From Acidimicrobiales bacterium (GTDB taxonomy: Bacteria; Actinomycetota; Acidimicrobiia; Acidimicrobiales; VFJN01), in the NCBI GenBank assembly GCA_035649475.1, contig DASRJM010000164.1, forward strand, positions 20,521 to 84,520: a DNA stretch of 64,000 bases, given 5' to 3'. Below, piece after piece: positions 16,683 to 24,832 of this stretch. Under the pieces are notes generated by a model. It was not told the origin of the DNA. It ran no database searches and saw only the letters and a program-made list of their open reading frames with translations. How positions within the stretch are numbered: the stretch's first letter is position 1; each line of letters begins with the position of its first letter. The position numbers and the translations under genes were made by a program.

Positions 16683-18245
16683 ATGCCGCTCGACGTCACG
16701 GTCCACTCGTACGCCCTGCCCGACGGGGTCGACCCGCCGGCCCTCCTGTCGTTCCTCGGAGACCGCTTCGACGTCGAGGCCGCACCGACCGCGCCGGTCA
16801 CCTTCGTGGTCGTCGACACCGCCGACCGCCGGGTCCGCGACGCCGGCCTCGACCTGGCGCTGGAGGGTGGCCGGGACACCGCGCTGGTGCTGCGGGCGCA
16901 CCCGGGCGGCCCGCCGGTCACCGCGCCGGCGCGCAGGGCCAAGCGGTGGACGGCCCGCGACCTGCCGGCCCCGCTCCGGGACCACCTGGGACCGGTGATC
17001 GAGATGCGGGCGCTGCTGCCGCTGGCCCGGGTCCGGGCCGACGTGCGCACGCTCAACGTCCGCAACGCCGACCTCAAGACAGTGGTGCGACTGCGGGTCG
17101 CCACCCACGCCGCTCTCGACGCGGAGGGCACGCCGGCACCGCTGACGTCGCGGGTCGAGGTCAGCGGCGTCCTCGGCTACCCCAAGCCCCTGGCCCGGGT
17201 CGTCGAGGCGCTCACGGGCGAGGCCGGCCTGGTGACCGCGCCCGGCAGCATGGCCGACGAGGCCATCGCCGCGTCCGGGGGCGATCCGCGGGGCATCCGG
17301 TCCAAGCCGGACGTGGTGCTGGAGCCGGGCACGCGCACGGACGAGGCCGCCCTGGCCGTCCTGCGGGAGCTGGCCGGGTTCGTGGAGGACAACGTGCCGG
17401 GCACGCTGGCCGACCTCGACAGCGAGTTCCTCCACGACCTGCGGGTCGCGGTGCGCCGCAGCCGGTCGGTCCTGCGGGAGCTGAAGGGCGCCTTCGCCCC
17501 CGAGCCGCTCCAGGTCCAGCGGGACGCGCTCAAGTGGATCCAGTCCATCACGGGCGACACCCGCGACCTCGACGTCCAGCTGCTCGACTGGGGCGACCTG
17601 CTCGCCGGCGTCCCGGCCGAGCGCCACGCCGCGCTGCTGCCGGTGCGCAACCTGCTCGTCCGGCACCGCGCCGCCGCGCTCCGCAAGCTCAAGGCCGAGC
17701 TGCGGGGCCGGGCCTTCCGCGAGGCGTGGGCCGGCTACCGCACGTTCCTCGCCGGCGACCAGGGCCCGGCCCGCGAGCGGCCCGACGCCAAGCGCCCGAT
17801 CGGCGACGTGGCCGGCGAGCGGATCCGCAAGGTCTACAAGAAGATGGTCACGATGGGCTCGGCCATCGACGGCGCCAGCCCGGCCGAGGACCTTCACGAG
17901 CTGCGCAAGCGCGGCAAGGAGCTGCGGTACTTGCTCGAGTTCTTCGGAGGGCTGTGGCCGTCGTCCGTGGTCAAACCGATGGTCAAGACGCTGAAGGCCC
18001 TCCAGGACGTCCTCGGCACCCACCAGGACCGCGAGGTACAGGCGGACCACCTGCGAGCACTCGCCGACGAGCTGGCCGGGGTGGTGGGCGGGCCCGAGGC
18101 CCTGCTGGTGCTGGGCGTGCTGGTCGACCGCCTCGGCGCCGCCCAGCAGGCGGCCCGGGACGACTTCGCCGCCCGGTTCGCGGCGTTCGCCGCTCCGGGC
18201 CAGCGCAAGGTCGTGGCCTCGACCTTCCGGGGCCCGAGCGGATGA
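16683..18245 (+). CDS. CYTH and CHAD domain-containing protein (triphosphate tunnel metalloenzyme plus polyP-associated CHAD)
   Basis: ORF 16617..18245 trimmed to the ATG at 16683 (MPLDVTVHSYAL). CHAD signature FLHDLRVAVRRSRSVLRELK and a second helix pair ELRKRGKELRYLLEFF. Confidence 0.8.
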   Translation: MPLDVTVHSYALPDGVDPPALLSFLGDRFDVEAAPTAPVTFVVVDTADRRVRDAGLDLALEGGRDTALVLRAHPGGPPVTAPARRAKRWTARDLPAPLRDHLGPVIEMRALLPLARVRADVRTLNVRNADLKTVVRLRVATHAALDAEGTPAPLTSRVEVSGVLGYPKPLARVVEALTGEAGLVTAPGSMADEAIAASGGDPRGIRSKPDVVLEPGTRTDEAALAVLRELAGFVEDNVPGTLADLDSEFLHDLRVAVRRSRSVLRELKGAFAPEPLQVQRDALKWIQSITGDTRDLDVQLLDWGDLLAGVPAERHAALLPVRNLLVRHRAAALRKLKAELRGRAFREAWAGYRTFLAGDQGPARERPDAKRPIGDVAGERIRKVYKKMVTMGSAIDGASPAEDLHELRKRGKELRYLLEFFGGLWPSSVVKPMVKTLKALQDVLGTHQDREVQADHLRALADELAGVVGGPEALLVLGVLVDRLGAAQQAARDDFAARFAAFAAPGQRKVVASTFRGPSG

Positions 18246-18988
18246 AGGTCCTCGCCACCTACAACATCAAGGGCGGGGTGGGGAAGACCTCGGCCGCGGT
18301 CAACGTGGCGGCCCTGGCGGCGGCGGACGGGTTGCGCACGCTGCTGTGGGACCTGGACCCGCAGGGGGCGGCCTCGTTCCTGTTCCGGGTGCGGCCCAAG
18401 GTCCGGGGAGGCGGGCGCAAGCTGGTGCGGGGCCGCAGCGACGTGACCGACGTGCTGCGGGGGACCGACGTCGAGGGCCTTGACCTCCTACCCGCCGACT
18501 TCTCCTATCGGCACATGGACCTGGTCCTCGACGAGTCCGGCAAGCCGACCCGACGGCTCCGCAAGGTGCTCGCCCCGCTGGAGGACCACTACGACCTGGC
18601 GGTGCTCGACTGCCCGCCGTCGATCTCGCTCGTGTCCGAGGCCGTGTTCGACGCCGCCGACGCGCTGCTGGTGCCGCTGATCCCGTCGACCCTGACGCTG
18701 CGCACGTTCGCCCAGCTCAGCGACTTCGTCGACGCGGAGGTCGACCACCGCCCCGACATCATCGCCTTCTTCTCGATGGTCGACTGGCGCAAGCGGCTGC
18801 ACCGCGAGGTGGTCGAGACCCTGCCGGACGGCCGCACCGACGTGGTCCGCAGCGTGATCCCCGCGGCCACCGAGGTCGAGCTGATGGGCGTCGCGCGGGC
18901 GCCCGTGGTGACGCAGGCCCCCCGCAGCCGGGCGGCCCGGGCGTACGCCGAGCTGTGGGCCGAGGTCCGTGAGCGCCTCCGCGTCTGA
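18242..18988 (+). CDS. ParA/MinD-family ATPase (orphan, no ParB nearby)
   Basis: In-frame C-terminal part of ORF 16517..18988. The ATG at 18242 overlaps the CHAD stop (ATGA). Deviant Walker A: MKVLATYNIKGGVGKTSAAVN. Walker B: LAVLDCPP. Confidence 0.85.
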   Translation: MKVLATYNIKGGVGKTSAAVNVAALAAADGLRTLLWDLDPQGAASFLFRVRPKVRGGGRKLVRGRSDVTDVLRGTDVEGLDLLPADFSYRHMDLVLDESGKPTRRLRKVLAPLEDHYDLAVLDCPPSISLVSEAVFDAADALLVPLIPSTLTLRTFAQLSDFVDAEVDHRPDIIAFFSMVDWRKRLHREVVETLPDGRTDVVRSVIPAATEVELMGVARAPVVTQAPRSRAARAYAELWAEVRERLRV

Positions 18989-18995
18989 TGGCCGG

Positions 18996-19439
18996 CTACG
19001 AGGCCGGCGCCTCGTCGCGGTCGAGATCGAGGCTGGCGGAGTTCATGCAGTAGCGCAGGCCGGTGGGCTGGGGGCCGTCCTCGAACACGTGGCCCAGGTG
19101 CGAGTCGCAGCGGGAGCAGCGGACCTCGGTGCGGACCATGCCGTGGCTCGAGTCGGTGATGAGCCGCACCGCACCCTGCTTGAGCGGCTCCCAGAAGCTG
19201 GGCCAGCCACTCCCCGAGTCGTACTTGGTCTTCGACGAGAACAGCGCCTGGCCGCACGCCACGCAGCGGTAGGTGCCGTCGTCCTTGGTGTCCCAGTAGA
19301 TGCCGGTGAAGGCCCGCTCGGTGCCGCCGTGGCGGGCAACCTCGAACTGCAGCGGCTCGAGCCGCTCCCGCCAGCCCTCCTCGGTGGTCGGCAGCTCGGC
19401 CTCGGGGATCTCCTTGGGGTCACTCATGGCCCCTAGCAT
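18996..19439 (-). CDS. msrB: peptide-methionine (R)-S-oxide reductase
   Basis: 147 aa with two CxxC pairs (CVACGQ, CSRCDS), GWPSFWEP and [10 protein letters not shown]. Confidence 0.95.
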   Translation of the reverse strand: MLGAMSDPKEIPEAELPTTEEGWRERLEPLQFEVARHGGTERAFTGIYWDTKDDGTYRCVACGQALFSSKTKYDSGSGWPSFWEPLKQGAVRLITDSSHGMVRTEVRCSRCDSHLGHVFEDGPQPTGLRYCMNSASLDLDRDEAPAS

Positions 19440-19456
19440 GCCGGGCCGGCGCCGAT

Positions 19457-19999
19457 TCAGCGCAGGGCGGCGGCCATACGGCGGACAACCCGGGATGGGT
19501 CGAGGGTGGCGGGCCGCTCGATCGCCTCCAGGGTCAGGAAGGCCTCGGTGCCGTGCGCCCGGCCCTGGATGGTGACGACCAGCGAGCAGGTCTCGCCGTC
19601 CTGGCGCAGCACGACCTCGAAGATGGCGCAGTTGCGGTCGACGTAGGTGACCTCGCCGACCCGGTGCCCCGCCTCCATGAGTAGGGCGAACGCTTCGGGC
19701 GGCGGGGCGGCCAGCAGCAGCGTGTCGCCGCCCAACACGGCCACGCCCACCGGCGGCGGCGCCGGGGGCGGGGGCGGCGGCGGGGCGGGCGCCCCCGGGG
19801 TGGCGGCGAGCACGCCGGCCCGCTTGGCCCGGCTGAGCACGGCGTAGGCCTCGTTGAGCCGGGCGGCGGCAGCCGTGACCGCGGCACCGTGGTGGTCGGG
19901 GTGCGCGGCCCGGATCCGGCGCCGGTACTCGGCCCGCACGACGTCCCAGCCGTCGCCGGGCTCCACCCCCAGCACGATCCGGGCCTCGTGCACGTCCAT
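19457..19999 (-). CDS. J-domain protein with a poly-Pro linker and an uncharacterised C-terminal domain
   Basis: C-terminal 180 aa of ORF 19457..21856, from the ATG at 19999 ([12 protein letters not shown]). HPD motif in [11 protein letters not shown]. Linker [14 protein letters not shown]. No motif recognised in the C-terminal ~95 aa. Confidence 0.7.
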   Translation of the reverse strand: MDVHEARIVLGVEPGDGWDVVRAEYRRRIRAAHPDHHGAAVTAAAARLNEAYAVLSRAKRAGVLAATPGAPAPPPPPPPAPPPVGVAVLGGDTLLLAAPPPEAFALLMEAGHRVGEVTYVDRNCAIFEVVLRQDGETCSLVVTIQGRAHGTEAFLTLEAIERPATLDPSRVVRRMAAALR

Positions 20000-20051
20000 G
20001 GCGCCGATCCTGTCACGTACCCTCGGTGCGTGGCCGATCGAGGCGACCTCC

Positions 20052-20067
20052 GGGAGCCCGGGCTCCC
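20052..20067. promoter_or_regulatory. perfect 16-bp palindrome in the divergent intergenic region
   Basis: GGGAGCCCGGGCTCCC lies between the J-domain gene (minus strand) and the Tat-amidohydrolase gene (plus strand). Confidence 0.25.
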
Positions 20068-20185
20068 GATCAAGCTGGGTCCCTGCTCCAACGGCGAGTA
20101 CCCGCCCCGGGCCGCGACGCCGCTTACCCGGGAAGCCGCCCGCCGGGCCCGGCGCTGGAGCGAGGAGCGGGCCCGCCGGCTGGGG

Positions 20186-21472
20186 ATGAGCCGGCGCGAG
20201 TTCCTGCTGTCGACGATGGGAGCCGCCACCGGGCTGCTGGCGCTGGCGGCGTGCTCCAAGGAAGAGTCCGGCGGGCGGTCCGGGGGCACGTTCGAGGTCC
20301 CCGAGGAGGCGACGACCGAGCCCGACGTGGCCACGACCGTGCTGGGCGGTGACGGGCCGGTCATCGACGTGCAGACCCACTTCCTCGAGTATCCGGTGGG
20401 GAGCGAGGCCGGCTTCGGCATGGGGTTCCCGCAGGCGAACTGCGGCGAGGCCGACCCGGCCGGGTGCTTCGGCATCGACAACTGGATCGCCGAGGTGTTC
20501 GGCCGCAGCGACACGACGGTGGCGGTGCTGTCCGCGGTGCCGGTGCTCGGCGAGCCCGACCCGCTGTCGGCCGAGCTGATGGCGCAGGCCCGCGATCAGC
20601 TTGCCGAGCTGTGCGGCGAGGGCCGGGTGCTGGTCCAGGGCCACGGCGTCCCCAACGTCGGCGACCCGGGCGCGGCGCTGGCCGCGATGGAGGACGAGGC
20701 CGCCCGCCACCCGCTCGTCGCCTGGAAGGCGTACACGCATGCCGGGCCGCCCTGGCGGCTCGACGACGGGGACCCGGCCGGCAAGCCGGTGGGCGAGGCG
20801 TTCCTGTCCAAGGTCGAGGAGCTGGGCGTCGACGTCGTCTGCGTCCACAAGGGCCTGTCCGGGGGCGACCCCTTCGCCTCGCCGGCCGACATCGGCCCGG
20901 CCGCCGCGGCCCGCCCGCACCTGCGGTTCTGCGTCTACCACTCGGGGTTCGAGTCGAACGTGACAGAGGGGCCGTACGACCCGGCCGCCCCGAACGCCGG
21001 CGTCGACCGCCTGGTGGCGAGCCTGGAGGGCGCGGGCATCGGCCCCGGCGCGAACGTCTACGCGGAGCTGGGCTCGACCTGGCGCACCGTCATGTCCTCG
21101 CCCGACGAGGCGGCCCACCTGCTGGGCAAGCTGCTCGTGGCGGTGGGCGACGACCGGATCCTGTGGGGCACGGACTCCATCTGGTACGGCTCGCCCCAGG
21201 ACCAGATCGACGCGTTCCGCTCGTTCCAGATCAGCCCCGAGCTGCAGGAGGCCCACGGCTATCCGGCGCTCACCGACGAGGTACGCGCCAAGATCCTGTG
21301 GCGCAACGCCGCCGCCCTCCACGACCTGGACCCGGCCACGATGCCGTGTGCCCTCGACCCGGCCGAGGTCCAGTCCGCCCGGGCCTCGTCGCCCCGCGCC
21401 AACCGCACCTACGGGCCCCGCACGTGGTCGGCGGCCCGCCGCCTCTTCGCAGCCGAGCACCCCTGGGCCTAG
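20186..21472 (+). CDS. amidohydrolase-family metal hydrolase, predicted Tat-exported lipoprotein
   Basis: ORF 19889..21472 trimmed to the ATG at 20186. Twin-arginine signal MSRREFLL plus lipobox LLALAAC. Amidohydrolase_2-like VIDVQTHF. Confidence 0.8.
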   Translation: MSRREFLLSTMGAATGLLALAACSKEESGGRSGGTFEVPEEATTEPDVATTVLGGDGPVIDVQTHFLEYPVGSEAGFGMGFPQANCGEADPAGCFGIDNWIAEVFGRSDTTVAVLSAVPVLGEPDPLSAELMAQARDQLAELCGEGRVLVQGHGVPNVGDPGAALAAMEDEAARHPLVAWKAYTHAGPPWRLDDGDPAGKPVGEAFLSKVEELGVDVVCVHKGLSGGDPFASPADIGPAAAARPHLRFCVYHSGFESNVTEGPYDPAAPNAGVDRLVASLEGAGIGPGANVYAELGSTWRTVMSSPDEAAHLLGKLLVAVGDDRILWGTDSIWYGSPQDQIDAFRSFQISPELQEAHGYPALTDEVRAKILWRNAAALHDLDPATMPCALDPAEVQSARASSPRANRTYGPRTWSAARRLFAAEHPWA

Positions 21473-21557
21473 CGGGTCGACGCCGGGCTGGCCGCGGCGG
21501 CGGGCGAGCAGCGCGGACGATGGTGGACAGGTCCCTCCACCTGTGTTACGGGGTCTC

Positions 21558-22178
21558 ATGCCCATCGATGGCGGGCTCGTCGTCGGGTACCTCACGGCGG
21601 CGCTACTCCGCGCCGGCAAGCGCTGGGGCGACCGGGCGCTCGACCAACTGCTGGATCGCCTGACCAGCCTGGTCGCCCACCGGATGGGCCGCGCTCCCCT
21701 CGACAGGCTCGCCGGCAACCCGCGCAGCCCCGAGGTGCAGCGCGACGTGGGTCTCACGCTCGACGGCGCCATCAGCGTCGACCGCGGCTTCGCACGCGAG
21801 CTGGCCGAGGTGATCAACGCGCTCGACCAGCGCGGCGGGCGCCAAATGGTGAACAACGTCTACGCGCAGATGAACGTGCAGGCGTTCGACCACGGCATCG
21901 CGGTCGGCGGGGACTTCAACTACTTCCACGCCCCGGATCCGACGGACAACTCCGATGCGCCCGGGTGGGTGAAGTTCTGCGTCGTCCTCGGGTCCGTGCT
22001 CGCCGTCGCGGGACTGTTCATCTTCGGCTACACGCTGTTCACCGGCATGCCCGACGTGGGCGACCCCGACTTCAACGAGATCCCGGCAGGAATCCCCATC
22101 GCCTTCGGCGTGTTCTTCGCCGGCTTCGTCGTCCTCGGCATCGGATCGCTCGGCCGCGCCATGAGCAAGCGGCCCTGA
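21558..22178 (+). CDS. hypothetical membrane protein (soluble N-terminal domain plus 2 TM); possibly truncated by a frameshift
   Basis: ORF 21348..22178 trimmed to the ATG at 21558 (MPIDGGLVVGYL). TM segments are WVKFCVVLGSVLAVAGLFIFGY and IPIAFGVFFAGFVVLGIGSL. GC content is locally lower. Confidence 0.55.
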   Translation: MPIDGGLVVGYLTAALLRAGKRWGDRALDQLLDRLTSLVAHRMGRAPLDRLAGNPRSPEVQRDVGLTLDGAISVDRGFARELAEVINALDQRGGRQMVNNVYAQMNVQAFDHGIAVGGDFNYFHAPDPTDNSDAPGWVKFCVVLGSVLAVAGLFIFGYTLFTGMPDVGDPDFNEIPAGIPIAFGVFFAGFVVLGIGSLGRAMSKRP

Positions 22179-22345
22179 TCGCTGCCGCCCTCGCCCTCGC
22201 AGGCGTCGGCCTCGCCACCCACGCCGCAACGTCGAACGCCCCCGCCGACGCCGGCTTCACTCGCACCCGCGGTCGAGCGGGCGGCATCGCGCATCACATC
22301 CCGCCGTCTATCGAGCAGGACAACGTGGACAGGATCCTCTGAGCG

Positions 22346-22786
22346 TCAGTTGCTCTGCGCTCGCCGCTCGCGGAGGACTCGCACGGCGTCGGTCGACGCG
22401 AGGGCCCACGCCACGAGGGCGGGTTGGAACACCAGCCGGATGGCGCGCTTCGCGTCCGTGTCCAGGCCGAAGGCGTCCACGTGATCGGTGTATTGCGCGA
22501 TGTTGCCGGGGAAGACGGCGACGAAGAAGGCGGCTGCGGTGCCGCCGACCACCGCGCGGGCAGGCTGCTTCCACGTCCCGAGCAGAGCAGCGCCGAGGGC
22601 GAGTTCGACGACGCCGGAGACCACAACGACCGTGTCCGGATCGGCCGGGAACCACGACGGTACCTGTGCGCGGAACTCTTGGCGCTGCTTGGTGAGATGC
22701 CCGGTACCTGCTGTGAGCAGCGCGGCGCCGAGCGCGAGCTGGCCTATGGCACCCAGCGCCCGGCGCGTCGTCGAATGTGCGGTCAT
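22346..22786 (-). CDS. DoxX-like family membrane protein
   Basis: 146 aa with four predicted TM helices and DoxX-like organisation (LGAIGQLALGAALLTAG ... VVELALGAALL). Confidence 0.6.
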   Translation of the reverse strand: MTAHSTTRRALGAIGQLALGAALLTAGTGHLTKQRQEFRAQVPSWFPADPDTVVVVSGVVELALGAALLGTWKQPARAVVGGTAAAFFVAVFPGNIAQYTDHVDAFGLDTDAKRAIRLVFQPALVAWALASTDAVRVLRERRAQSN

Positions 22787-22828
22787 CGATGGTCCTCCGT
22801 GCCGGCACGACAGGCGGCCGGCCGCCGG

Positions 22829-23353
22829 CTAGTCCGTTAGCGTGTTCTCGGGCAGAACCGGGGCGACGTGTGGCTCGCCCAGCCCGAGCCGGGGGCGAGC
22901 GCTGAACATCGGCCCCCGGGCTCGCTCTGGTGGTGCGAACGCCAGCAGGCCGATCGGCTTGGGGATGTCGTCGTAGATCGCCTCCATCCCGCCCCGCATG
23001 GAGTAGGTCTCGTGCCAGAACCCGGTGCCGGCCGAGTCCCGAAGGAAGTCCCTCCACCACTGCTGGTGCGGCAGCTCACGGGTCCATCGCTCGAGCGAGT
23101 CCAGGTCGCGCCAGTACTGCCGCATCCCGGCATGGGGCGGCACCAGCGAGAACAGCATGTTCTCGTGGAGCAGCAGGCCGTCAGGGTCCTCAGCGACCCC
23201 GGCCTGGATCTGGCGGCCTGTCCGGGCGAGCTTGGCCAGCCCGCGCACGCTCCGGACGCGCATCCCCAGGTAGATCACGACCAGATCGGGGAACCCCGAC
23301 AGGTCCACCGTCTGGCGGTCGACACCCGATCGTCGCTGTGCCATCGCTGCCAC
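22829..23353 (-). CDS. DUF4188 domain-containing (monooxygenase-like) protein
   Basis: 174 aa. DLVVIYLGMRVRSVRGLAKLARTG and LLLHENMLFS...QYWRDLDSLERW resemble the DUF4188 family pattern. Confidence 0.65.
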   Translation of the reverse strand: MAAMAQRRSGVDRQTVDLSGFPDLVVIYLGMRVRSVRGLAKLARTGRQIQAGVAEDPDGLLLHENMLFSLVPPHAGMRQYWRDLDSLERWTRELPHQQWWRDFLRDSAGTGFWHETYSMRGGMEAIYDDIPKPIGLLAFAPPERARGPMFSARPRLGLGEPHVAPVLPENTLTD

Positions 23354-23452
23354 CTTTCCGTGCCGCAGTCGGGCACGACCTCACCCGGGTGACCGTACCG
23401 CCCGGCACCGAGCCGATCGCCTGGGCCGCCGTCCGTCACCCCCCGGCGAGGA

Positions 23453-24757
23453 TCAGGCCGGGGCCAGGAACGCGGCCAGGAGGGCCTGGTAGCTGGCGGG
23501 GTCCTGGCTGCCCGCGTACTCGCGGGCTGCGTGCATGGCGAGCTGGGGCATGCCGACGTCAACCGTGGTGATGCCGAGGCGGGCGGCCGTGACGGGCCCG
23601 ATCGTCGAGCCGCACGGCATGTCGCTGCGCATGGCGAAGCGCTGGAGCGGGACGCGGGCCTGCTCGGCGGCCAGGGCCACGAGGGCAGCGCCGGGGGCGT
23701 CGGTGGCGTAGCGGACGTTGGCGTTGACCTTGACCACCGGCCCGCCGTTGAGCGCCACCGTGTGCTCGGGGTCGTGGCGGTCCGCGTAGTTGGGGTGGGT
23801 GGCGTGCGCCATGTCGGCCGACAGGCAGGCCGACCGGGCCAGGGCCCGGTGGAACGACTCGGCGCTGCCTCCCCGGGACAGCACCGAGCGCTCGAGCACC
23901 GTGGGCAGCAGCGACGAGCCGGCCCCCCGGTCGGACGTCGAGCCGACCTCCTCGTGGTCGAACAGGCACACCACTGGGATCGGCGCCTTGGCGGCGGGGG
24001 CGGTGCCGGCCAGCGCATCGACCGCCGCCCAGCACGACGCCAGGTTGTCGAGCCGCGCGGATCCCAGCAGCTCGTCGTCCCGGCCCACCAGCGCCCCCGG
24101 CTCCAGGTCGTGGAGCATCAGATCCCAGCCCAGGACGTCGTCGGGCGTGACCCCCAGCTCCTTGGCCACGAACCCGGCGAAGCCGTCGCCGTCGTCGACG
24201 GTGGCGATGCCCCACAGCGGGGTCAGGTGGTTCTGGGCGTCGATGACCAGGCCCTTGGTCGCCACCTCGCGGTCGAGGTGGATGGCCAGCTGGGGGATGG
24301 CGCACACCGCCCGGTCGACCCGCAGCAGCCGCACCGCGGCCCCCGCGCCGTTGCGGCGCACGGCCACCCGGCCCGAGATGCCGAGGTCGCGGTCGAGCCA
24401 GCTGTTGAGCAGCACCCCGCCGTAGCTCTCGACCCCGATCTGGCGGACCCCCGCCCGGACGACGTCGGGCTGGGGCTTGATCCTCAGGTTGGGGCTGTCG
24501 GTGTGGGCGCCGACGATGCGGAACCCGTCGTGGGGATCGTGCCCCGACGCCGTCGCCCAGGCGATCAGCGACCCGCCCCGCACGACGTACCACCGGCCGG
24601 GCTCGCCCGACCAGGCGGCATCCTCCGCCAGGCGCGTGTAGCCGGCCTCGCCCAGCACCGCGGCGGCGGTGGCGCAGGCGTGGTACGGCGAGGGCGAGGC
24701 GTCGCAGAACCCCAGCAGTTGGCGGGCGGCGTCGAGGTCGGGAGCGGAGCCGGTCAC
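23453..24757 (-). CDS. M18 family aminopeptidase (aspartyl aminopeptidase-like)
   Basis: 434 aa. N-terminal FCDASPSPYHA, then IVGAHTDSPNL and DHEEVGS metal-ligand regions typical of M18. Confidence 0.9.
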   Translation of the reverse strand: MTGSAPDLDAARQLLGFCDASPSPYHACATAAAVLGEAGYTRLAEDAAWSGEPGRWYVVRGGSLIAWATASGHDPHDGFRIVGAHTDSPNLRIKPQPDVVRAGVRQIGVESYGGVLLNSWLDRDLGISGRVAVRRNGAGAAVRLLRVDRAVCAIPQLAIHLDREVATKGLVIDAQNHLTPLWGIATVDDGDGFAGFVAKELGVTPDDVLGWDLMLHDLEPGALVGRDDELLGSARLDNLASCWAAVDALAGTAPAAKAPIPVVCLFDHEEVGSTSDRGAGSSLLPTVLERSVLSRGGSAESFHRALARSACLSADMAHATHPNYADRHDPEHTVALNGGPVVKVNANVRYATDAPGAALVALAAEQARVPLQRFAMRSDMPCGSTIGPVTAARLGITTVDVGMPQLAMHAAREYAGSQDPASYQALLAAFLAPA

Positions 24758-24832
24758 GAAGGACTGATCCTAACGGCCCTTGGCATCCGAGCCGTCTGGA
24801 CCCGCCCCCGGGCGGGAGACCAAGATGCGCGC

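Noticed and set aside
16517-18988. Very long N-terminal extensions of real genes in the ORF track: 16517..18988, 19457..21856, 23531..25738, 55932..59186, 56820..59159, 58076..60460, 34088..36703, 35890..38919, 60823..63366
   Set aside because: Only the C-terminal portions show family motifs. The upstream parts overlap neighbouring well-supported genes and are Arg/Pro-rich. Starts were moved to internal ATG/GTG codons, often those giving 4-nt overlap with the upstream gene.
20944-20959. tRNA T-arm-like GGGGTTCGAGTCGAAC
   Set aside because: It lies inside the amidohydrolase CDS, in frame (HSGFESNV), with no acceptor or anticodon arms around it. No intergenic gap in the window is both long enough and tRNA-like.
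21965-22342. 125-aa ORF as an independent gene
   Set aside because: Its first ~70 codons overlap the 21558 gene out of frame and are Arg-rich. Only the last ~55 codons look protein-like, and these are treated as a possible frameshift continuation (see findings).
24801-24816. GC-only palindrome CCCGCCCCCGGGCGGG, and similar short G/C palindromes elsewhere
   Set aside because: Such motifs are expected by chance at this base composition, and there is no flanking promoter-like or repeated context.
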